Positions 46,043 to 58,612 of a stretch of 64,000 bases of DNA are shown piece by piece. Origin of the DNA: the human T2T-CHM13v2.0 reference genome, Homo sapiens; NCBI RefSeq assembly GCF_009914755.1, contig NC_060948.1. One strand, given 5' to 3'. The translations under genes were made by a program, and so were the position numbers. The notes beneath the pieces were generated by a model. The model was not told where the DNA came from. It worked only from the letters and a program-made list of their open reading frames with translations, and did no database searches. The first letter of the stretch is position 1, and each line of letters opens with the position of its first letter.

Positions 46043-46807
46043 GTGTCACTGGGCTGAACTAGGATCCACTCAGCCAGTACAGTAGGGCCAAACATCCACA
46101 CCAAACTTTTGCAGTGGGGGAAAGGAAGGTATCTATTTGCAGAGTTGCAATCAAGTAGAATGAGGCAGCTCTCACTTAAGATTCTACTTCCCTGATGGTT
46201 TGCAAACAAAGGCTTTTAAAGGCTAGGAGGCAGAGGCTACAGGCAGTCATAAGTCAGTACATGGAGGTTATATGTTCGTTTGACCTCAAAAGGCAGGACA
46301 TCCCAAAGAAGGGCACCTGCAGGTCACAGGTGGCTTCAAAGCTTCCCTGATTTGCAGTTGGTTGAGGAAGTGAAGCTTTGTCTGAACGATTGCTTTGGTC
46401 AGCAAAAAACAAACAGGATATCTGGCCTGTGGTCATGGCTTCTTCCAGGACCCTTGAGAAGAAATTTGGAACAAAGAATGTCAATGAGAGTTCAGTCCTC
46501 AGTTCCTCCTCACCTCTGGTTTAAGTCCAAGCAGACTGCATTTTCCATTTGGTAGCATTCCAGGTTTCTGAAAAACAACCCCTGGACATATGTTAACATG
46601 TTATCTTTAATTATTATAGGGAGCCAAACATTCTGTGGCTCTAACTTCCTTGTCTGTGGCTTTACACTACCATTACCTTCTTGCTCATTTATCTTTTAAA
46701 GATAGCTAGGTGCCTGGAATTTTTCTTGAAGGAACTCAAGATTTTTCTCTACTTCCATTCTGGGGGGAGCCCAGAAGACCCCTAAGAGGGGTCCTTGCTC
46801 CATCTCA
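46043..46807. mobile_element. Probable ERV1-type LTR
   Basis: LTR-like motif composition, ending ggggtccttgctccatctca. Family and ends uncertain. Confidence 0.4.
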
Positions 46808-47068
46808 TCATTGTTTCAGTGTTATTTCCATGAGGCTATGGCCTATGAGGAGAGAGTTGTTTTTATTTCATGTTGTGGATGCCAGTGTCTCTAAAGACTG
46901 GAGTTCCAGGCTGCATTCCACACTCTCATTCATCTATTTATTCATTCTCTCTCTTACTGTCTGTTCAGTTCCAAAACAGCTTAGCAGCTGCCAAGGAGGA
47001 GATGTGTATATAAATCACAATGCTAGAAGTGGTTAGAGAGTAATAGTTTCTTAAGAAGGGTACATATA

Positions 47069-49325
47069 TTGCAAAAAATTTCTCCCATTCTGTAGGTTGC
47101 CCATTAACTCTGATGGTAGTTTCTTTTGCTATGCAGAAGCTGTTTAGTTAAATTGGATGCCATTTGTCAATCTTGGCTTTTGTTGCTATTGCTTTTGGTG
47201 TTTTAACATGAAGTCCTTGCCCATGCCTATGTCCTGAATGGTATTGCCTAGGCTTTCTTCTAGGGTTTTTATGGTTTTAGGTCTAACATTTAAGTCTTTA
47301 ATCCATCTTGAATTAATTTTTGTATAAGGTGTAAGGAAGAGATCCAGTTTCAGCTTTCTACATATGGCTAGCCAGTTTTCCCAGCACCTTTTATTAAATA
47401 GGGAATCCTTTTCCCATTGCTTGTTTTTCTCAGGTTTGTCAAAGATCAGATAGTTGCAGATATGCGGCATTGTTTCTGAGGGCTCTGTTCTGTTCCATTG
47501 ATCTATATCTCTGTTTTGGTATCAGTGCCATGCTGTTTTGGTTACTGTAGCCTTGTAGTACAGTTTGAAGTCAGGTAGCATGATGCCTCCAGCTTTGTTA
47601 TTTTGGCTTAGGATTGACTTGGCAATGCAGGCTCTTTTTTGGTTCCATATGAACTTTAAAGTAGTGTTTTTCCAATTTTATGAAGTTTTGTGAAGAAAGT
47701 CATTGGTAGCTTGATGGGGATGGAATTGAATCTATAAATTACCTTGGGCAGCCTGACCATTTTCATGATATTGATTCTTCCTACTCATGAGCATGGAATG
47801 TTCTTCCATTTGTTCATATCCTCTGTTATTTCGTTGAGCAGTGGTTTGTAGTTCTCCTTGAAGAGGTCCTTCCCATCCCTTGTAAGTTGGATTCCTAGGT
47901 ATTTTATTATCTTTGAAGCAATTGTGAATGGGAATTCACTTATGATTTTTCTCTCTGTTTGTCTGTTATTGGTGTATGAGAATGCTTGTGATTGTTGCAC
48001 ATTGATTTTGTATCCTGAGACTTTGCTGAAGTTGCCTATCAGCTTAAGGAGATTTTGCGCTGAGATGATGAGGTTTTCTAGATATACAATCATGTCATCT
48101 GCAAACAGGGACAATTTGAATTCCTCTTTTCCTAATTGAATACCTTTTATTTTCTTCTCCTGCCTGATTGCCCTGGCCAGAACTTCCAACACTATGTTGA
48201 ATATGAGTGGTGAGAGACGGCATCCCTCTCTTGTGCCAGTTTTCAAAGGGAATGCTTCCAGTTTTTGTCCATTCACTATGATACTGGCTGTGGGTTTATC
48301 ATATATAGCTCCTATTATTTTGAGATACTTCCCATCAATACCTAATTTACTGAGAGTTTTTTGCATGAAGAGTTTTTGAATTTTGTCAAAGGCCTTTTCT
48401 GCATTTTGCAATCCACTCATCTGACAAAGGGCTAATATCCAGAATCTACAGTGAACTCAAAGAAATTTACAAGAAAGAAACAAACAACCCCATCAAAAAG
48501 TGGCCGAAGGATATGAACAGACGCTTCTCAAAAAAAAAGACATTTATGCAGCCAAAAAACACATGAAAAAATGCTCATCACCACTGGCCATCAGAAATGC
48601 AAATCAAAACCACAATGAGATACCATCTCACACCAGTTTGAATGGCAATCATTAAAAAAATCAGGAAACAACAGGTGCTGGAGAGGATGTGGAGAAATAG
48701 GAACACTTTTACACTATTGGTGGGGCTGTAAACTAGTTCAACCATTGTGGAAGTCAGTGTGGCAATTCTTCAGGGATCTAGAACTAGAAATACCATTTGA
48801 CCCAGCCATCCCATTACTGGGTATATACCCAAAGGATTATAAATCATTCTGCTATAAAGACACATGCACATGTATGTTTATTGTGGCACTATTCACAATA
48901 GCAAAGACTTGGAACCAACCCAAATGTTCAACAATGATAGACTGGATTAATAAAATGTGTCACATACCCACCATGGAATACTATGCAGCTATAAAAAATG
49001 ATGAGTTCATGTCCTTTTTAGGGATATGGATGAAACTGGAAACCATCATTCTCAGCAAACTATCCCAAGGACAAAAAACCAAACACTGCATGTTCTCACT
49101 CATAGGTGGGAACTGAACAATGAGAACACATGGACACAGGAAGGGGAACATCACTCACCGGGGCCTGTTTTGGGGTGGGGGAGGAGGGAGGGATAGCATT
49201 AGGAGTTATAGCTAATGTTAAATGACTAGTGCAGCACACCAACATGCCACATGTATACGTATGTAACAAACCTGCACATTGTGCACATGTACCCTAAATC
49301 TTAAAGTATAATAACAACAAAAAAG
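47069..49325 (+). mobile_element. L1PA, 5'-truncated with twin-priming inversion (47069-~48404 minus, ~48403-49325 plus)
   Basis: Minus-strand RT ([12 protein letters not shown]), then plus-strand ORF2 C-terminus, 3'UTR and tail. TSD aagaagggtacatata 47053-47068 / aagaagtgtacatata 49326-49341. Confidence 0.96.
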
Positions 49326-50104
49326 AAGAAGTGTACATATAAAAGGCTGTGGAGACTCAGGGCAGGGAGAAGTGACCCCTGACTGACAATCCCAGAGAGG
49401 CTTCATGGGGCAGAGAAGGAAAGACATCACATTTTGCAAAGATAGTTTGGTAGGGCTCAGACACACAAGAGGTATGGGTCAGAAAGTGAGCCTTGAGGGT
49501 CTTTAATGATGGCTGGGAACCCATGTTTTATCATACAACCCCACAAGTATGTCAGGAATTATTTTTTTTAAAGAAATGTATTGGATATATTAGAAAAAAT
49601 GTTTTGCTTGAATGTTGGAGATACCATCAATATGTGACACTATTAATGTCTCAGTCACTGTTCCACCACTGCTCTATTGCAAAATATTATCCTTTTATCA
49701 AACATAGTTCAAATTAAATTTACAGTTAAACATTGTTAAAATACAATGCCCTAAAAATAAGGTGGGGTTTCCTTCTAGTTATGGGAAGTAGGCTTCTGAG
49801 TGTCAAGACATCTTGTTCTCTAAAGCTGCAAACTCAAACACACACCTATGGTTTATGCAGACACAGAGAAATCACGGGATTTAACACCTGTTCAAAATAG
49901 CTTCCTTTTCTGAGTAATCACAACTTCTACTCTCCATCAAAACCCCTCAAAGATTCTTTTCTATTGGAACTTTTTTTTTTCCTTTTGAGAAACTCTTGCT
50001 CTGTTTCCCAGGCTGGAGTGCAGTGCAGTGACCTCTACATTTGAACCTACTGATTCCACTGCATTCCTAACTCAAATCTGTTTCCCTACTGAAATCTACA
50101 GGAT

Positions 50105-50860
50105 TCATCAAATGACAGATTGGATAAAGAAAACGTGGTGCATGCATGCAGTGGCTCATGCCTGTAATCCCAACACTTTGGGAGGCCAAGGCAGGTGGAT
50201 AGCGAGGTCAGGAGATGGAGACCATCCTGGCCAACACTGTGAAACCCCATCTCTACTAAAAAAAAATAGAAAAAAAATTAGCCTGGCATGGTGGTTGGTG
50301 CCTGTAGTCCCAGCTACTCGAGAGGTTGAAGCAGGAGAATGGCATGAACCCGGGAGGCAGAGCTTGTAATAGCCGAGGTCGGGCCACTGCACTCCAACCT
50401 GGGCGACAGAGGGAGACCCTGTCTCAAAGAAAAAAGAAAAAGAAAGAAAGAAAAAGAAAAAAAGAAAATGTGGTATATATACAACATGGAATACTATGCA
50501 GCCATAAAAAGAATGAGATAATGTCTTTTGTAACTTGGATGGAGCTGGAGGATATTATTCTTAGCAAACTAATGCAGGGAAAAAAAACCAAATACCACAT
50601 GTTCTCACTTATAATGGGAACTAAATGATGAGAACTTATGAACTTGTAAAAGGAAACAACAGAGACTGGGATCTGTTTGAGCGGGGAGGGTGCGAGGAGG
50701 TTAAGGAGCATAAAAGATCACTGTTGAGGACTAGGCTTAATACCTGGGTGATTAAATAATTTGTACACCAAACCCCCATGACATGAGTTTACCTATGTAA
50801 CAAACTAACCTTCGCATGAATCCCCAAATCTAAAATAAAAGTTAAACATAAATAAAATTA
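50105..50860 (+). mobile_element. Old L1 3' end (L1PB/MA-like) split by an AluY/Sc-like element (~50140-50460)
   Basis: gattggataaagaaaacgtggt resumes as aaagaaaatgtggtatatatacaacatggaatac. TSD at 50126-50139 / 50461-50474. Confidence 0.88.
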
Positions 50861-52584
50861 AATATACCAGACTTCCTGTTAAAAAAAAACAAATCTATGG
50901 GCTAATTTGATAGAATAGCTAGGATTAAATCATCCTTCTATTAAATTCAACATGTTATTCCTTTTAATAAGAGGGGCATTACATGTCTGCTGCAGTCTAT
51001 GTTTAAAAACAATTATTTAATATTACAGGGGTAACTGAGTAATAACAGGACAGTTTCATTTTTTATTAAGGAAATGAGTTTGCAGTATGATTATTCTGTT
51101 TAGATTTGGTTATTGGTAAATTTTGTCTTTGCCAAAATGTTCTAGCATAAAGTGAAATTGGGAAATAGAAGTAGGGTCAAATGTGTATTTTGGATATAAT
51201 TCTAGTCAAAGTTTAGAAATCTTGGCAGTAAGTCCTTTATAGAGTACTTCCTAAAATATTTCCCTCTGAGACCTTTCTAAAATAAATTTTCTTCTATTGT
51301 CCACATGCTTTGAATGATTGTGTCAACCTAATAAAACCAATTTTCTAAGGAATAATTTATCTTCCCATTTAATAATTAAGAAATCATTGTCTCCATTAGG
51401 GCTTCCAGTTAATTTGACAGTGTTCCATACCATGTGATTATGATTTTCATAGACAGCAAGATAAATAAGTAAACCACAGAACAACTCATACCCTGTGACC
51501 CTTTGTAGCTGTTAAATGTAAAATTTTCCATCAGAGCTGTAGACATTTGAAAATGTTCACGTTGCTTCTTTGGGATCTCAGGAGTAGAAACCATTGCTTT
51601 AAACTCACAGAGGATTTAAGATTTTGACGCAATCCTGAACTCTTTCTGGAAAACTTGCATTATGGCTCAAGCATGTTCCCGCACCCTGGATAGGTATTGG
51701 ATATACTTGGATCAGCCTGGTGGGTGAGTCTTGAGAGGATACTTCATTTTGCACTTGTATCTGTGTCAAGGCAGTGGAACAGAAAGGAGTTCAAGTCAAA
51801 AGTCCTGTGAATTGCAGTGTCTTATTGAAGGAACAAGTTGTACCATACCCAGCTTCACTTGTTTAAATCAGAGTTATAAGCCTTTGAGACTCTCTTTGCA
51901 TAGAGAAGTGGAAACATATTCATGGAATTTCCTTCTCAACCTTCACAGCAGCTCCTTCTCACCTGATCCACCTCTTGATATCAATGTTGGACATCTCTGG
52001 GACTCTGTCCTGTGGCCCCTGTCCTCCATCCTCCTTTATCTTCACACTTGCCCTATCTGATGTCATCTAAATCCAGGACCTCATATGACATCCAACTGCA
52101 GGGCATCCCACATACTGAGCTGGGAACCTACTGTGAAGGTCCATGTTGCCATGTCCAGCTGCCCACTTGCCACACAGCATGGAAGCTCAGGAAACATGTC
52201 ATATCAAACAGATACAAGCTAGACCTCAGATGCAAACTAGCCCAAGCCCACACATCCCCAGATTTGCATGATCTTACTGAATGTTTTATGCAGTGACTGA
52301 ACCTCAGTGCTGTGATGTTTGCTGGTTGATTGTCTTGTTTTATTTTGCCTTTCTTTAAATCCTATGTATCCCATCCTTTGGAATCACATTTATTTTCTAA
52401 GTTTATCTGACATTGGTCCTCTTTTTTCAGCTGTATCAATTTTCCATCTTGTCCAGACCACTGTGCTCTGCCCTATGGACTTCTCCAATGTGCTTCCTGG
52501 TGGTCTCCCTAATTCTTTGTTCTCACACTCCATTCTCTACCCAGACACTGGAGTGAGCTTTCATAAACATAATGTACTCTGTTG

Positions 52585-52830
52585 AATTTCTGAGGACTGA
52601 CATAACTGTTAGTACCACAAACTGGGTGGCTTAAAAGCAGTAGAAATTTTTTCTCTCTCAGTTCTGGGGGCCAGGAGTCTGAAAGTAAGGTGCTGGAAGT
52701 GCTGGGCTCCCTATGAAATCTCTAGGGGAGAATCCTTTGTTGTTTCACCATTAATTCTTAACTTTCCTTGACTTGCAGATATATCACTCCAACTTCTGCC
52801 TCTATTTTCACATGGCTATCTTCCTTTCTT
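52585..52830. mobile_element. MaLR LTR fragment (MLT1-like)
   Basis: taccacaaactgggtggcttaaaa...gttctgggggccaggagtctgaaa...ctctaggggagaatcc. Confidence 0.65.
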
Positions 52831-52848
52831 CGAACACTCAAATATCTA

Positions 52849-53328
52849 CCAGGCATGGTGGCTTAGACCTGTAATCCCAGCACTTTGAGAGGCTGAGGTG
52901 GGTGGGTCACTTGAGCTCAGGAGTTGGAGATCAACCTGGGCAACATCGTAAGTCCTTGTCTCTACAGAAAATATGTAAAAATTAGCTGGCTGTTGTGTTG
53001 AACACCTATAGTCCCAGCTACTGGAGAGGCTGAGGTAGGAAGATCACCTAATCCCAGGAGTTGCAATCTGCAGTGAGCTATGATTACTCCACTGCACTCC
53101 AGGCTCATCAAAACAGTGAGAACCCTCTTTCTACAGAAAAAAAATAATAATAATACATTAACCAGATGTGGTGATATACATCTGTAGTTCTAGCTAGTTG
53201 AGAGGCTTAGGTAGGAGAATTGCAATTCTGCGGTGAGCTATGATTGCATCACTGCACTGAACAATAGAGCGAGATCCTGTCCCCAACAAACAACAAACAG
53301 AGAAAAAACAAACAACAACAAAAAAAAC
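52849..53328 (+). mobile_element. AluJ-like element with an additional right arm
   Basis: Dimer followed by a second gtgagctatgatt...cactgcact unit. Confidence 0.8.
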
Positions 53329-53767
53329 CTCACTCCAATTTCTTCCCATACACTCAAAATACAATGTGAAGTCTGCTACCCCAACTGTACAGTTTTCTCC
53401 TCCTCTCTTCATGTTTTTGTCTGGGGCCCCCAACCCATTAATCTTGTTCTCACTTTAGGGTCTTTGTGTTGACAGTTTCTTCTGTTAGAAACTCATACTC
53501 ACATCTCATCTCTGGATGGATTTTCTCTTTCACTCATATGTTGCCTTTGTAAGGTCTCCCTGGACCACCAAATCAAAAGTCCTTGGCCTCTCCCACCACT
53601 CTATTCTAATTGCTTGCCTATCTGATATCTTACCTGTTTATTATTTTATTTGCTCATAGTTCTTCTCCTGTGGAAGCTGAGATCTGGGCTGCCTCATTCA
53701 CCACTGTGTCCTAGTGCCTTGAATACCCATGGAGTAAGCATTCAATAAGAATCTACTGAATGAATAG

Positions 53768-54133
53768 GGTTATAGTTTGGCTGCGTCCCCACCAAAATCT
53801 CACCTTGAATTATGGATCCCATAATCCCCACATGTTCTGGGAGGGACCCAGTGGGACGTAATTGAATCATGGGGGTGGGTCTTTCCAGCATTGTTCTCGT
53901 GATAGAAAATAAGTCTCATGAGATCTATTGGTTTTATAAGGGGCAGTTCCCCTGCATGTGCTCTCTTTCTTGCTGCCGTATAACACTTGTCTTTGTTCCC
54001 CCTTCAACTTCCACCATGATCATTAGCCCCTCTGCCATGTGGAACTGTGAATCCATTAGAACTCTTTTTCTTTATAAATTACCCACTCTTGGGTATTTAT
54101 TCATAACAGTATGAAAATGGACTGATATAAACA
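53768..54133 (+). mobile_element. THE1-type MaLR solo LTR
   Basis: tatagtttggctgcgtccccaccaaaatctcaccttgaatt...gccatgtggaactgtga...ctttataaattaccca...tgaaaatggactgata. Confidence 0.88.
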
Positions 54134-56475
54134 GTGAACCCTTCTCAGATTTCTCTTTCTCTGTCTCCTTCTCTCCTTGAGTATTTCCTCTCTTTTTCCT
54201 AAAATACTATCCTTTAGATGGGATCAGAATAACTTCCTTAAGATTTCCTTTTTGCTGAGTTTAGAGTTGTTTGCCTTTGCCTTATTGTAAAATATTTCCT
54301 GTATTCTCAGAAAAGAACAGTTAAAATTCTATCTCTGGCTTCATTTCCATCCCTCTCCCAAATCAAGGTCACTCTGAAGAAGGCTCTTCCTCCCTCTCTT
54401 TTTCTCTGCCTACAGACAAGTAATAAATGTCAGTGGAATGGATAGATGAACTCTATAGATGTCTTCTGCAGAAGTGTGGGGTGGGGGATCACATTTTTCA
54501 GAATGTTCAAGAATGCAGACTTTTTTTCCATGTGCAGAGAAATGCTTTTAAAATTCCCTGATGGCTGCGTGGAAGGAACTGCTCTTTGTGCATGTTTTTA
54601 CTTTAAACAAAAATTCCAAACACATGGCTTGGGTCCATATTGCTTATGGGTTGCTTCTTACAGTCACTGCTTTTGGCATCTCTTTCCCTCATGCAATAAC
54701 ACATCTTTCAGAGAGCAATTGATACTTTCATTATGAAAAAAAAATAGTAGTGACTGGCTCTAGTAGATTATTACAAGGTAGTTATGTTCAAATGATGTTG
54801 GCAAACATTGTCATTGGCTTCCCAAGAGTAGGCAAAGCTGCCGCTTCATGATAGTATCAGTATTTAGTCCTCCAGCAGGTATTCACAGCTTTTCACCTTT
54901 GAAAGAAGATCACATCAGTCTCATTTATCTGTGCATGCATTCAGTTGAATTTGACAGACATGCAATTATATATTGATTCTATAGAACATACCATGCATAT
55001 GCCTAGTTGCTGGGCTATATAGGATAATTTTGAAGGATTCTTTGAACTGATATCAACAGGTCATTTTTCCTTATTTTTGCCCTCATAATAATTGAGTAAT
55101 ATGTGGTAGAACCTAAAAAATCTCATTACATTACTCATCTGCAATTCATACGTTTTAGTCTCTGGCATGAATAAATCAAGGAACGTGAAAATGTAGCATC
55201 TTGGGTGAGAAAACATTTCGCATGAATTATCACATGCTTCAATGTGGTTTGCCTCAATTCAGAGAATCAGTGTTATTTCCAGGTAAGGAGATTCAAGGAG
55301 AAAAAATGAAAAACAGAATATTACATGAACCTCTGCCTAGATCAAGCATAAGAATGACTAGCATATGCTCTTGCCATTAACAGTTATTTGACCTGCTGTG
55401 TGGTAACATTCAGAAGGACAAAAATAGAAGCCTTGTTTGCAAGCAGCTGTTTCTGTCAAGTCTTGGAGTACATTGTAAGAGAATCCTCTCTATGCTTGCC
55501 TGGAGAGATTGAGTAACTCAGCCATCATCCTTCTATTATGGGAACACAACCACAACATGCCATCAAGATATTTAAAGTGTGAATTGGACAATTACTGTAA
55601 CAAATTTTAAACTTAAACCAGACCAAGACTTTTTCTCTGCTCATAAATTTTCAGGAAAAATAATTCATACTCCTTCACCTGTTTTTCTTTTTCTTTCCCC
55701 CATATTCCATTCTCCAACTTTCCTAAGTTTATTTCTACTTTGAAACCCAAATCAAAATCTATTTTGATTTTGGGCAGATTTTTACCTGGGCAGATTTTCC
55801 CAGGTAAAAGACATTTTCTGTTGGCACTCAATCAATTACCTGTGGATGTATCTTTTTGGGTTTTCTTTTTTGTGTGTGTGTGACAAGGTCTCACTTTTTC
55901 ACTATATATAGATATAGATATACAGATATAGGGGGAACTTCTTCCCTTATATATTGCCCCCAAGTGGGCAATTTGTGTATATCAAACCATTAATGAAACT
56001 ACTCCTTTTTCTTATATAGGAATCACTTGTTTTGTTGTTAAATTTAAAGTGAAAATGGTGTGAGTTTGATCAAGTAGAAGGATAAGCAGGTGAAAATTCT
56101 ATGAGTTTGATGGGTCAGAGGAAAAGAAGACTATAATTCACACATTATGATTTCTCACAAAGCTCTGCTTTCAACTGCCTGAATGAACGATGGCAAAGTA
56201 ATTAAACTTCTCATTTGTTGGTTGTGATCTCTGTGAAGCAGGAATCACAATGTCTCTCAGAGAATTACCTTCAGGTGATATTGAAAAGATAAAATAGGGG
56301 AAGAGTTTTAGCTTTCATAGGAGGCCATTACAGTATCTAGAACACATGATGTGAACTTCCATGATAATCTTCCCTAAGTGTCTGTACATATGGAACATAT
56401 GAATGTCTGCAAAAGGCAGAGCCTGCCAGCAAGAGAAATTCCATCTACAGTCTTCAGTTGTAAGAAATAATGTTT

Positions 56476-56948
56476 TAACTATTCACAATAGCAAGGACAT
56501 GGAGTTAACCAAAATACCCATTGACAGTGGACTGGATTAAAAGAAATGTGATACATACACACCAAGCAGTCATATAAAAGAAAGAGATCCTGTCCTTTGC
56601 AGCAAGATGGATGGAGCTGGAGGCCATTATATTAAAATAATTAATGCAAGATCCTAAAACCAAATACTGCATGCTGTCACTTATAAGGGGAAGCTAAATT
56701 TTAAGTACGCATGGACACAAGGAAGGAAACAACAGACCTTGGGGCCTACTTGAGAGTGGAGGGTGGGAGGAGGGAGAGGATTGAAAAACTACATATCAGG
56801 TACTATGCTGATTACCTGTGTGATGAAATAATCTGCACACCAAACTCCCAAGACAAGCAGATTACCTATATAAAAACCCTGCACTTGTACCCCTGAACCT
56901 AAAATAAATAAAAACAAATACATAAACAAATACATACATAGATAAATA
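56476..56948 (+). mobile_element. Old L1 3' end (L1PB/MA-like)
   Basis: actattcacaatagcaagg...gatggagctggaggccattat...gcacttgtacccctgaacctaaaataaa and tail. Confidence 0.85.
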
Positions 56949-57677
56949 ATGTAACATCTGAAAAACACACTGGAGCAGAATACAATAACAGGAGGCATTC
57001 CTGTAAAGATTAAAAAGAGAGAGAGAGAGATGAGCTTTTAACAATGGAGATTTGCTTCAGGATCCCTGAAACCTCTGTCTCTAGTAATTTACCTCCTAAA
57101 TTGACTTATTTCCACTGTGGCACTTATTTCCACTGTGACTCACACATGATACCCCTGTGAGGAATGAGTGTTTTTCCATTGGCTCCATTCTCACTTATCT
57201 CACACCAATTGTTTAAAACAGTCTCTTTCTTAGAGTAGCTGAACTTCAACTCCATTCCCTTTGGCCCCAGGCTAACTTCCTGATGGCTACTTCTATGCCA
57301 CTTAGCTCTATGCTCTGTTTGTTATAAAAGGTGAGGAAGCAGTGTTTATTCCCCAGCCATGGGTCACCTGCCCAGCTTGAGTGACTTCAGCCCTGGCCTG
57401 TCTGAGCCCTATACTGGAGCACTTGGTCTCTATCCCTCAACGGGAGGTGTTGGTCATATAAGGGCCACAGGAAAACTGCCTATCTTGCAGGTGGTAGGCT
57501 CAGTGCTTGTGATAATCGTTCCACATAATACTCACATGGAAACACTGTGGGAATGTGAGACACAGAAAGCTGAAGCTATTTTCTCAAGGGAACAGGGCTG
57601 ATGTGCCTGTTTCCTATGTCTGTTGTAATAGTTGACCATGAATTTAGTGGCTCAAAAAATGATTAAAAAAAAAAAAA

Positions 57678-57925
57678 TTAGATTCAGAGAGTACGTGTGC
57701 GGGTGTGTTACATGAGTATATTAAGTGATGCTGAGGTCTAGAGTTCTAATGATACTGTCATCCAAGTAGTGAACATAGCACCTGATAGTTTTTCACTCCT
57801 TGACCACCTCCCACTTTCCCCCGAGTAGTTCCCAGTGTCTGTTGTTGCCATCTTTATGTTTATGAGTACCAAATGTTTAGCTCCCACTTATGAGAAAGAA
57901 CATGCAGCGTTTGATTTTCTGCTCC
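57678..57925 (-). mobile_element. Old L1 3' fragment
   Basis: gttacatgagtatatt...tttagctcccacttatgag...aacatgcag. Confidence 0.7.
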
Positions 57926-58149
57926 TCTTTGGGGGCTATTTTGAAATATGTCAGCGAAATGTATTTTGGGGTAAAGAACTTCAATTTCTGTCAGGACTTG
58001 CTATCTGTCACATTGGTATCTTACTGCTACAAAGAGTCTGTTTGGTCCCAGAGATCCCTAAGAATCTCTGGATCACACTTTGAGACTAGCCAGTGCTATG
58101 CTAAGAGTAGAGATTCTAGACCCCCAAAGCTTGAATTAATATACATATA

Positions 58150-58612
58150 TATTTTCTTTTAGATGGGGATCTCATTCTGTCACCTAGGCTGGAGTGCAAT
58201 GGTGCGATCTCGGCTCACTGAAACCTCCAACTCCCAAGCTCAGATGATCCTCCCACCCCAACATCTTGATTAGTTGGGACCATATGTATGCATCACCATG
58301 CCCAGCTAATTTTTTTAGGAGGTTTTCTGGTGGTTTTTTTTTTTTTTTAAATTACACTTTAAGTTCTGGGACACATGCAGAACATGCAGGTTTGTTACAT
58401 AGGTATGTACATGCCATGGTTGCTTGTTGCTCCCATCAACAAATCATCAGGACATAGGCATGGCCAAAGACTTCATGACTAAAACACCAAAGCAATGGCA
58501 ACAAACACTAATTTTTTGTTTTGGGTAGAGACTGGGTTTCTGAGATCAAGCATTTCTCCTGACTCAGCCTCCCAAAGTCCTGGGATTACAGGCATGAACC
58601 ACCACACCCAGT
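58150..58612 (-). mobile_element. AluJ-like element interrupted in its central A-rich linker by a miniature inverted L1 (~58316-58507)
   Basis: Alu right arm, ctaatttttt, L1 tail and 3'UTR (minus), L1 ORF2 piece (plus), ctaatttttt, Alu left arm. Confidence 0.85.

Noticed and set aside
57104-57137. Short tandem duplication acttatttccactgtg x2 (similar pairs near 15810-15846 and 55770-55800)
   Set aside because: Two-copy slippage duplications with no spacers or array structure; not CRISPR-like.
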